A DNA stretch of 32,000 nucleotides, from NCBI GenBank assembly GCA_035400625.1, contig DAOMZT010000003.1:30001-62000 (forward strand), given 5' to 3'. The notes below the pieces were generated by a model. That model had not been told where the DNA came from and searched no databases. It was given only the letters and a program-made list of their open reading frames with translations. This DNA is from an archaeon. Its GTDB lineage: Archaea; Iainarchaeota; Iainarchaeia; Iainarchaeales; CSSED10-239. Positions 24,815-32,000 of the stretch are shown piece by piece. Both the position numbers and the translations under genes were made by a program. Position 1 is the first letter of the stretch; the number at the start of each line of letters is the position of its first letter.

Positions 24815-25351
24815 ATGAAAAAAGACGATAAAAAAATAATTGTTTGGGCAATAGTTGCTTTAGTTGTTGGTGTGCTTTTAGGTTTACTAATTACTAATTT
24901 AGCAACAACAGGAGAAGCAAAATACAGTCTAAGAAGTAGAAATCCAGAAAAATGGACTTTAGGAAGAAACGATAGTGTTGCTTTAAAACCAAACACTGAA
25001 ATACGAACAACTGATGGTCGATTAATGGCTACAGTAAATGAAAATAAAGAAGTTAAATTCAATACAAAAATAGGAAAAGTAACTGACAATCCAGATGGAG
25101 GAGTAACATATGATTTATATGTTGATGGTACAGGCGGAGGCGGAGCAAGTGTAAATCTGGGTTGTTCTTGTCAGATTGAAAATTTTAGTGGTGACTGTAA
25201 AGATCATTTTAGTTCATCATGTAGTGATACATATAATTATTATGGCGACTTTTCTTGTACCCCCGCTCGGTGCTGTAATTTATGTATGATCAGTATTAGA
25301 ATTAATGGGGGATCTATAGAAGTTTATAGTTTTGCTAATCATACAAACTGA
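24815..25351 (+). CDS. membrane-anchored/exported Cys-rich hypothetical protein (178 aa)
   Basis: SD from cassette B. N-terminal hydrophobic helix IIVWAIVALVVGVLLGLLI. Gly-rich linker (GTGGGGAS), then 8 Cys within the last ~60 residues (GCSC...DC...SC...SC...RCCNLC). Confidence 0.65.
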   Translation: MKKDDKKIIVWAIVALVVGVLLGLLITNLATTGEAKYSLRSRNPEKWTLGRNDSVALKPNTEIRTTDGRLMATVNENKEVKFNTKIGKVTDNPDGGVTYDLYVDGTGGGGASVNLGCSCQIENFSGDCKDHFSSSCSDTYNYYGDFSCTPARCCNLCMISIRINGGSIEVYSFANHTN

Positions 25352-25368
25352 GATTTAAAAAACTATGA

Positions 25369-25404
25369 ATTTTTTCTTTTTCTTTTTTTAAATTTTTAAT
25401 TTTA
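25369..25404 (+). terminator. oligo-T tracts downstream of the Cys-rich protein gene
   Basis: T6, T5, T7 and T5 runs beginning about 18 nt after the TGA. Confidence 0.4.
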
Positions 25405-25642
25405 CAATTTCTAATTTTCGTTCTCTTTTATAAGCTTTTCTTATCTTATGTTACTTATGATATACAAAATAGTCTTAGAGAATTCTGATTTTAAGTCAAG
25501 GTTTTGTATAGTAATCAATAACTTTAATGGCCAGTAAGGCCAACACTATATTTATTTGCATAGCTAACTTGTGTTTCTTGACATAAGTGTTTTGTTTTTA
25601 ATATATTTGTTTATTATTAATAATTAAAGGATGTGAAAAAAT

Positions 25643-26941
25643 ATGAAATATTATTCAGTTAAAGAAGCTTTAGATAAAAAGGAAGGAGATGTTTCCTTAA
25701 GAGGATGGGTATATAGAATTAGAGGCCAAAAAGATAATATCTTTATAACAATAAGAGACGAAACAGGAATCATACAGTTGGTTGCTTCAAAAGAAAAACT
25801 AAAAGAAGAAGAGTTTATAACTGCAAAAGCCCTAGGAATAGAATCTTCAATAATAGTTCATGGAAAAATAAGAAAAGAAGAAAGATCTCCTCAAGGCTAT
25901 GAAGTGGATATTGATTCAATAGAACTTGTAGGAAAATCAGACAACTATCCTATCTCAAAAGACTTCTCAGAAGAGTTTCTTCTAGATGTCAGACATCTCT
26001 GGCTTAGAAGCAGAAAGATGACTGCTATTCTTAAAATAAGATCAACAATATTTGGTGCAATACATGAATATTTTAGAAAAGAAGGATTTTACGAGTATCA
26101 ATCGCCAATCTTACAATCTGTTCAATGTGAAGGGGGCTCTTCTCTTTTCAAAGTTGATTACTTTGAAGAGAAAGGAGTTTTCTTGGCTCAGACATGGCAA
26201 CTTTATGCTGAGCCTGCTATCTTTTCTCTAGGAAAGATCTACACGATTGCTCCATCTTTTAGAGCAGAAAAATCAAAAACCTCAAGACACCTAACAGAAT
26301 TCTGGCATGCAGAGATGGAGGGTGCATGGATCGATTTTGAGCAATTGCAAGATTATGGAGAAGGCCTAATCAAGCATGTGATTAAAACAGTTCTTGAAAA
26401 ACACAAAGAAGATCTTCAAATCTTAAAAAGGGATATTAAATCTTTAGAAACTGCAATCTCAAAGCCATTTATTAGAATGACATATACTGAGGTCTTAAAT
26501 CTTCTTAAAGAAAAAGCAGATATGGAAATAGAATGGGGAAAAGACCTAAGAACTATTGAAGAAGACAAGCTAAGTAAAATGCATGACACTTTTACAATAG
26601 TTACAAGATATCCTAAAGCAGTTAAGGCCTTTTACATGAAAGAAGACCCAAAAGATCCAAATGTTGTTCTTGGCTTTGATTGTATAGGCCCTGAAGGTTA
26701 TGGAGAGATTATTGGTGCAAGTGAGAGAGAGCCAGATTTAGAGAAGATAAAGAAAAGGCTATCAGACGATGGAGAAGATCCAAAACAATATGAGTTTTAT
26801 CTAGATACTAGAAGATATGGGTCTGTTCCACATGCTGGTTTTGGCCTAGGTGTAGAGCGTCTTATAGCTTACATAACTGGTGTTGACAACATAAAAGACA
26901 CAATACCATTTCCAAGAACAATGGTTAGATATAAGCCATAA
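25643..26941 (+). CDS. asnS: asparagine--tRNA ligase
   Basis: N-terminal OB anticodon-binding domain. Motif 2 FRAEKSKTSRHLTEFWHAEME (the EFW..E.E pattern is typical of AsnRS rather than AspRS). Motif 3 region YGSVPHAGFGLGVERLIAYITGVDNIKDTIPFPR. Confidence 0.8.
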   Translation: MKYYSVKEALDKKEGDVSLRGWVYRIRGQKDNIFITIRDETGIIQLVASKEKLKEEEFITAKALGIESSIIVHGKIRKEERSPQGYEVDIDSIELVGKSDNYPISKDFSEEFLLDVRHLWLRSRKMTAILKIRSTIFGAIHEYFRKEGFYEYQSPILQSVQCEGGSSLFKVDYFEEKGVFLAQTWQLYAEPAIFSLGKIYTIAPSFRAEKSKTSRHLTEFWHAEMEGAWIDFEQLQDYGEGLIKHVIKTVLEKHKEDLQILKRDIKSLETAISKPFIRMTYTEVLNLLKEKADMEIEWGKDLRTIEEDKLSKMHDTFTIVTRYPKAVKAFYMKEDPKDPNVVLGFDCIGPEGYGEIIGASEREPDLEKIKKRLSDDGEDPKQYEFYLDTRRYGSVPHAGFGLGVERLIAYITGVDNIKDTIPFPRTMVRYKP

Positions 26942-26947
26942 CTAACA

Positions 26948-26995
26948 TTTTTCTTTTTCTTTTGTTTTAATGGTTTAAAGATAACCATCTTTTAT
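26948..26995 (+). terminator. T-tracts plus a small hairpin downstream of asnS
   Basis: T5, T5 and T4 runs, then the ATGGTT/AACCAT hairpin (26970-26988). Confidence 0.35.
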
Positions 26996-27116
26996 CTATA
27001 AATTATATATTACAATTTTAGTTTTTGTAATTTTAGTACAATAAACTTCTTAAAAGATTACTTTTTAAATAATGTGTTTTATATATATTTTTATAAAAAC
27101 AAAAAAGGTGGTTTTT

Positions 27117-28052
27117 TTGAGATTAAAAAATATTTTATCAATATTTATTATAATGGCATTTGTATTTCCGTTAATTAATGCAGATGTAACAATTCCAACT
27201 AGAACAAAAGTATATTTAGAACAAGATGGAATAGAGGTAGATTCTCAAATTGAAATTGAAATAAATGGATATGGATATAGTTATCCACCTGGCCCAAAGG
27301 TTTTTAAGGAGCAAGGAACATACACTCCAGAAAAGATAAAATCAATAAAAATAAACTATACAAAACCAGGGGAAATTATTTATGATCCATATTATATGAA
27401 TTACAGACATTTTGATTACTGGGAAATAAAAGGCAAAACAAAAACAGGTCAAGAATTCATAATTAAAGATATAAGTAAATTTTCAGAAATTATTAATTGT
27501 GAAAATAACCCTGTAGTTGAAAAAAAAGGAAAATATTATCGTTATAAAGATTATAAAAAAGTAATAGCCTGTTCTGAACAAGATGAGAATTCAAGATCAG
27601 CAGATCTTAGAAAATATTGTGAAGATTTTTATGCAGTTGCTGGAAGATGTACATTTAAAACTTATAATGAAATAATTGGAGCTCCATTAGATATGGATTC
27701 AGAAGAATGTAAACCCTTTTTTGTAGAGGTTAATAAAGAAGAAGTAACTGATGATAAAAATCACTCATTAGAAAGATTTTGTGAGATTAGAATTGATTTA
27801 AAATCTGCAGATTGGGGAAATGATGTAAATCCCTATTATGAAAACAAAAAAGAAACTACATTAACAGAGGAACCTGACAATAATAATTCAGTAGTTGTAA
27901 ATCCTGAAACAAATACAAATAAAACAGAAAAAGACACAAACCAGAGTAATAAAATAAGATCTAATCATACAGAAAATAATAATGTTCAAAAAAGAAGCAT
28001 ATTCAGATCAATTGGTTGTTTTTTCAAGGGATTATTTGGTAAGGGCTGTTAA
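27117..28052 (+). CDS. secreted hypothetical protein with 8 Cys and an N/T-rich low-complexity C-terminal region
   Basis: The TTG at 27117 sits 5 nt after an AAGGTGG SD (the track ATG at 27072 is the alternative). Signal-like LKNILSIFIIMAFVFPLINA. Ends with SIGCFFKGLFGKGC. Confidence 0.6.
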   Translation: MRLKNILSIFIIMAFVFPLINADVTIPTRTKVYLEQDGIEVDSQIEIEINGYGYSYPPGPKVFKEQGTYTPEKIKSIKINYTKPGEIIYDPYYMNYRHFDYWEIKGKTKTGQEFIIKDISKFSEIINCENNPVVEKKGKYYRYKDYKKVIACSEQDENSRSADLRKYCEDFYAVAGRCTFKTYNEIIGAPLDMDSEECKPFFVEVNKEEVTDDKNHSLERFCEIRIDLKSADWGNDVNPYYENKKETTLTEEPDNNNSVVVNPETNTNKTEKDTNQSNKIRSNHTENNNVQKRSIFRSIGCFFKGLFGKGC

Positions 28053-28054
28053 AT

Positions 28055-28399
28055 ATGCTTTATGAAACACAGTTCCTTCTTTCTCTTCTTATTACTGTTG
28101 TTATTGAAGTAATTGTTGTGTTTTTAATATCTAAATTTGTTTTTAAATATAATTTAAAAGAGCAAACAAATCTAATGATTGTTTGTGTTTTTGCATCTGC
28201 ATTAACATTACCATATTTATGGTTTGTTATACCGCCATATATTGTAGCTAATTATTATTTGATTGTAGGGGAATTATTTGTAGTAGTTATAGAAATTATA
28301 ATATACAAATTATTTACAAAAGCAAATTGGTTGCAAGCAATAGTTATCTCAGTTGTGGCTAATGTTATGTCTTTTTTATTAGGATTATTTATCTATTGA
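28055..28399 (+). CDS. small multi-pass membrane protein (about 4 TM, hypothetical)
   Basis: Starts 2 nt after the stop of the secreted-protein gene. Almost entirely hydrophobic helices. Confidence 0.55.
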   Translation: MLYETQFLLSLLITVVIEVIVVFLISKFVFKYNLKEQTNLMIVCVFASALTLPYLWFVIPPYIVANYYLIVGELFVVVIEIIIYKLFTKANWLQAIVISVVANVMSFLLGLFIY

Positions 28400-28477
28400 A
28401 AGAATTTTGATCTTGTGAACTATTTTTAAACATTATGATTATTCATATAATTATATAAATTAAAAAAGGTGATAATT

Positions 28478-28963
28478 GTGCCAACAATAGTTGCTATTAA
28501 AAAACCATTAATAAAGCCAAAGGCAGTAAAGCCATTATATATAAAAGAAAAAGTAACAAAAGTAACAACTGCAAAAACATCTAAAAGGCCAGCAAGAAGA
28601 GTAAGCTTGGCAAATGAAATTTCTAGCTTTCAAGGGGGAGTAAATAAATTACCAAAAAGCCAACAAAAAATTGCAACAAGAAATCTAATGCAAAAATTAG
28701 AAGCAAGACAAAGATATATTCAAACAAATATTGAAAAAATAAATAGAAATTTAAACAGGTATAGGTTCCAAAGAGAAAATATTGAATTTTTAAAAAGATC
28801 TAGATTACAAGAATTACAACGAACAAATAAAAACCAATATAAAATATGGGATTTAGCAGAAAAAAACCTTGTGGCAGGACAAAGACCAGCAGATCTTTTA
28901 AGAGCAGGATATACTGTTAGTGAAGTTGCTGCAGGTGTTTTTAAACTTAAAACAAAAAAATAA
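28478..28963 (+). CDS. basic hypothetical protein (about 161 aa)
   Basis: The GTG at 28478 sits 5 nt after an AAAGGTGA SD (the track GTG at 28469 lies inside the SD). K/R/Q-rich helical sequence. No family recognised. Confidence 0.5.
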   Translation: MPTIVAIKKPLIKPKAVKPLYIKEKVTKVTTAKTSKRPARRVSLANEISSFQGGVNKLPKSQQKIATRNLMQKLEARQRYIQTNIEKINRNLNRYRFQRENIEFLKRSRLQELQRTNKNQYKIWDLAEKNLVAGQRPADLLRAGYTVSEVAAGVFKLKTKK

Positions 28964-28964
28964 A

Positions 28965-29276
28965 ATGAACAAAGCAATCTGTTATGCAAACTTGACATTA
29001 AGTCATAAGAAACACCCTTTGCAGTTTACTGTTGGTCTGGGCTTTAAAGGCAAGTTGATTAATGGCAGAGTCAAAGGGATAGATCTAAACAAAGAAAGAA
29101 AAGCTTTAGAAGATTTCAATTTTAAGATTAGAGACAAAGAACTTTTTGTTTTGATTAAAGGCTACAAGGGAATGGAATCCCTTGCTAATTTCTATTTTAA
29201 AGAATTAAAAAATAAAAAAATTGATTTTATTATAATTAAGGAAAACAATACAGAAGAAATAATTATTGAAAAATAA
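28965..29276 (+). CDS. hypothetical protein (103 aa)
   Basis: ATG 1 nt after the upstream stop. The track start (GTG 28920) would overlap the upstream gene by 44 nt. No family recognised. Confidence 0.45.
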   Translation: MNKAICYANLTLSHKKHPLQFTVGLGFKGKLINGRVKGIDLNKERKALEDFNFKIRDKELFVLIKGYKGMESLANFYFKELKNKKIDFIIIKENNTEEIIIEK

Positions 29277-29278
29277 AA

Positions 29279-30724
29279 TCATTCATAATGCCAAGTAGTT
29301 CCTGTCTGGGTATCACTTAGTATTACTCCTTTTTTTTCTAAATTTAATCTGATTTGATCAGATTCTTCCCATTTTTTGTTTTTTCTTAATTCGTTTCTTT
29401 TCTGGATTAATTCTTCAATTTCTGCTTTTTGTATTTTGTTTTTGTCTTTTGGTGCGCTTTGTTCAAAATTAAAGACCTTAAATACAAGGTTTACTTTATG
29501 TAAGAAATCTAAGATTTTATGTGATTCTTCTTCTGTCAATTTTTGTAAATCCATTAGCTTGTTTGCTTCTTTGACTAGAAACCAAATGCTTGCCCAAGCT
29601 GAAGGAGTATTAAGATCATCATTCATTGCATTCTTGAAATTTTCAATAGTATTTTCAATAATTTCTTTTCCAAAATTAGTGTCTTTTTGATAATTTATTG
29701 CTTGTAGCCTTTTTATGAATTTGTTAAGCCTATCAACCGCTGCTTCTGAATCCTCAATTGCCTTTTCAGTATAGTTTTGAGGTTTTCTGTAATTTCCTGA
29801 AGAGAAAAGATATCTTAAAGATTCTGCTGAGTGTTTTTTAAGAAAATCTTCAATAGTAATAAAATTACCAAGAGATTTGCCCATCTTCTTTCCATCAACC
29901 ATGAGCATTGCTGTATGCACCCAATAGTTTACAACATCGTGTCCATAATACCCGTAGTTTTGTGCAATCTCGTTTTGATGGTGTGGGAAAAGATGTTCTA
30001 TTCCTCCGCCATGTATATCAAACTTTTCTCCTAAATATTTTGTGCCCATAACAGAACACTCAAGATGCCAACCAGGATAGCCCTCTCCCCAAGGCGATGG
30101 CCATTTTAGTATGTGTTCTGGCTTTGCTTTTATCCATAAAGCAAAATCTCCGATATTTTTTTTATTTGGGTCATTTTCAAATCTTGTGTTTTTCTCTAGT
30201 TCTTCAAGATTTTTGTTAGCGAATTTTCCATAATCTTTGAATTTAGAAATATCATAATATACATTTCCGTTTACTTCGTATGCAATCCCTGTCTTTAACA
30301 TTTTTTTAATCCATTCTTGCATCTCGATAATATGAGCAGAAGCTGTTGGCTCTAGATTTGGCCTTGAAATCTTTAAAGCATCAAAATATTTCCACATTCT
30401 ATGCGAATAATTATAGACTAGTTCCATTGGGTGAACTTTTCTTTCGCTAGCCCTTTTCTGTATCTTGTCTTCGCCAGTATCTGATAGGCCATCATCTGTC
30501 AGATGTCCAACATCAGTTATGTTTCTAACATAAAGTATGTCATAATCTAGAAAATACCTAAAATAATTTACAAGAATGTCATAATTAATATATGAAAAAG
30601 CATGCCCTAAATGAACATCATCATAAATAGTAACACCACACACATATATCTTTAATTGGTTAGGATTAACAGATTTGAAGATTTCTTTTTTCTTAGTTGC
30701 GGTATTATATAATTTGATTGCCAT
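29279..30724 (-). CDS. cysS: cysteine--tRNA ligase
   Basis: YVCGVTIYDDVHLGHA (HIGH), KMGKSLGN (KMSKS), and the WPSPWGEGYPGWHLEC zinc/cysteine-binding region typical of CysRS. Confidence 0.9.
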   Translation of the reverse strand: MAIKLYNTATKKKEIFKSVNPNQLKIYVCGVTIYDDVHLGHAFSYINYDILVNYFRYFLDYDILYVRNITDVGHLTDDGLSDTGEDKIQKRASERKVHPMELVYNYSHRMWKYFDALKISRPNLEPTASAHIIEMQEWIKKMLKTGIAYEVNGNVYYDISKFKDYGKFANKNLEELEKNTRFENDPNKKNIGDFALWIKAKPEHILKWPSPWGEGYPGWHLECSVMGTKYLGEKFDIHGGGIEHLFPHHQNEIAQNYGYYGHDVVNYWVHTAMLMVDGKKMGKSLGNFITIEDFLKKHSAESLRYLFSSGNYRKPQNYTEKAIEDSEAAVDRLNKFIKRLQAINYQKDTNFGKEIIENTIENFKNAMNDDLNTPSAWASIWFLVKEANKLMDLQKLTEEESHKILDFLHKVNLVFKVFNFEQSAPKDKNKIQKAEIEELIQKRNELRKNKKWEESDQIRLNLEKKGVILSDTQTGTTWHYE

Positions 30725-30777
30725 AATATACTTTAAATAATATAGTTATTAAAAATATATCTTAATTAGATATATTT

Positions 30778-31791
30778 ATGGTTAAAGCAAAAATATGTCT
30801 TGGAATAGAAAGCACAGCTCACACCCTTGGAGTTGGAATAATTGACTCTAATGGCAAGATACTAGCAAATTGTAAAAGGCAATTTGTAGCAAAGCCTGGT
30901 AGTAATACAGGACTTAAGCCATTTGATGTTTCTGTTCACCATTATGCTTGTGCAGTTGATGTTGTTAAAGAAGCATTATCTGAAGCAAAACTAAAGATGA
31001 AAGATATTGATGTAGTTTCTTTTTCACAAGGCCCTGGCCTAGCACCTTGTCTTTCTGTTTCTGCAACATTAGCAAGAGCATTAGCAGACAAATATAATAA
31101 GCCAATAATTGGTGTTAATCATTGTGTAAGCCATATTGAGATAGGTAAAACAATTTTAAAATGTAAAGATCCTTTGGTGATTTATACATCAGGAGCAAAC
31201 ACTCAAATTATTGCAAAAGATAATGGATATTATAAGGTAATTGGAGAAACTCTTGATATAGGCATTGGTAATCTTTTTGATTCTTTTGCAAGAGACATGG
31301 GTTATGGTTTTCCTGGAGGGCCTGTGCTTGATAAAATATATATGGAAAACAAGGAAAGGAACTATATTGATCTCCCCTATTCAGTAAAAGGAATGGATTT
31401 GGCATTCTCTGGGCTTCAAACAGCTGCAAGAAAAAAGATAGCAACAGAAAAAAAAGAAGATCTTGTTTATTCTTTTATGCATACAGCTTATGCCATGCTA
31501 TTAGAGGTGACAGATAGGGCATTATCTTACACAAAGAAAAAAGAAGTGATAGTGATAGGTGGAGTTGCAGCAAGTTCGGCCTTAAAAGAAATGCTTGAAA
31601 AGCTTTGTAAACAAAACAAAATAAAACTTTATATTCCGCCAAGCATTGTTTGTCTTGATAATGGTCTTTTGATAGCAGATCTTGGAATCAAGCATTTTAT
31701 TCACACCTATAAAGGCAAAGGCGGAATGAAATTACAAGAAACCCTAATCAACCCTAAGTTTAGAACAGACCAAGTAAAGATTGATTGGTGA
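30778..31791 (+). CDS. kae1: tRNA N6-adenosine threonylcarbamoyltransferase Kae1
   Basis: LGIESTAHTLGVGI, GVNHCVSHIE (metal-binding His pair), SGANTQ and a GVAAS C-terminal motif of the Kae1/TsaD family. Not fused to Bud32. Confidence 0.9.
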   Translation: MVKAKICLGIESTAHTLGVGIIDSNGKILANCKRQFVAKPGSNTGLKPFDVSVHHYACAVDVVKEALSEAKLKMKDIDVVSFSQGPGLAPCLSVSATLARALADKYNKPIIGVNHCVSHIEIGKTILKCKDPLVIYTSGANTQIIAKDNGYYKVIGETLDIGIGNLFDSFARDMGYGFPGGPVLDKIYMENKERNYIDLPYSVKGMDLAFSGLQTAARKKIATEKKEDLVYSFMHTAYAMLLEVTDRALSYTKKKEVIVIGGVAASSALKEMLEKLCKQNKIKLYIPPSIVCLDNGLLIADLGIKHFIHTYKGKGGMKLQETLINPKFRTDQVKIDW

Positions 31792-31795
31792 AAAT

Positions 31796-32000
31796 ATGGC
31801 AAATAGAGACATAGTTTATAATTTTTTAAAAAGAAGATTCAATGAAAATGAATCTGAATTAAAATATGGTGTATTTCCAGATAAGTATTTTAACCAAGAC
31901 ATAGATTCAGCAAAATCAAAATTATCAAAGATAGGAATAAAAGAACAAGAAGAAATTGTGAGAATTGTTGAAAAATTTAGTGCTAACCAACTATCTGCCG
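31796..32000 (+). CDS. hypothetical protein, 3'-truncated by the window edge
   Basis: ATG 4 nt after the kae1 stop. Open to the end of the window (MANRDIVYNFLKRRFNENESELKYG...). No kinase motifs visible in the 68 residues seen. Confidence 0.4.
   Translation, partial: MANRDIVYNFLKRRFNENESELKYGVFPDKYFNQDIDSAKSKLSKIGIKEQEEIVRIVEKFSANQLSA

Noticed and set aside
25529-25541. GGCCAGTAAGGCC, a small GC-rich palindrome-like hairpin upstream of asnS.
   Set aside because: Only a 4-bp stem, with no flanking T-tract or repeat partner. It overlaps the marginal box-like sequence AAGGCCAACACTA, which is too weak to call on its own.
27072-27116. The upstream ATG at 27072 as the start of the secreted protein, and similarly GTG 6064, GTG 28469 and GTG 28920 for their genes.
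   Set aside because: These track starts lack an SD or lie inside one. In-frame TTG, GTG or ATG codons about 5 nt downstream of GGTG-type SD sequences, or 1 nt after the upstream stop (28965), fit the pattern seen at S6e better. The difference is only 3-15 codons and remains uncertain.
1-32000. A search for CRISPR arrays, rRNA genes, IS elements, transposases or integrases, and stop-codon recoding.
   Set aside because: I saw no regularly spaced direct repeats, no rRNA-like conserved blocks and no DDE or tyrosine-recombinase-like ORFs. TAA, TAG and TGA all terminate well-supported conserved genes, so the standard code applies.

Overview
This is a gene-dense, AT-rich (roughly one-third GC by eye) archaeal chromosome segment. 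I infer a small-genome DPANN-type archaeon from four things: archaeal information-processing genes, GGTG/GGAG Shine-Dalgarno sites with several TTG/GTG starts, Lys-rich tails on conserved proteins, and many orphan secreted or membrane proteins.

The left 5 kb is the conserved archaeal cluster aIF5B, S6e, aIF2-gamma, PIN, RpoE'/Rpo7, Spt4, S24e and S27ae. The rest mixes two kinds of genes:
- Housekeeping: thermosome, IleRS, AsnRS, CysRS, Kae1, a NOL1/NOP2/Sun m5C RNA methyltransferase, geranylgeranyl reductase, an OB-fold SSB-like protein, a PHP phosphoesterase, TraB, a CPBP protease and an alpha/beta hydrolase.
- Orphans: a 1195-aa surface protein, Cys-rich exported proteins, two hyper-acidic mini-proteins and an extended histone-fold protein.

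Three tRNAs are present: Gln-UUG, Ile-GAU and an unusual Ile-UAU. I see no rRNA, CRISPR array, transposase or integrase.

The most interesting signals are:
1. A ~105-nt promoter/5'UTR cassette with a perfect 20-bp palindrome, duplicated in front of two unrelated orphan genes. Its TTGGMCAACC box recurs in other intergenic regions.
2. Two tandem hyper-acidic mini-proteins next to an atypical histone-fold protein.
3. An A7 homopolymer at a +1 frame junction between a Lys-rich ORF and a 418-aa orphan.
4. A genomically encoded tRNA-Ile(UAU).
5. A GC-enriched, hairpin-containing 456-nt gap that probably hosts an unassigned structured RNA.

All functional calls come from motif recognition by eye; no database search was run.
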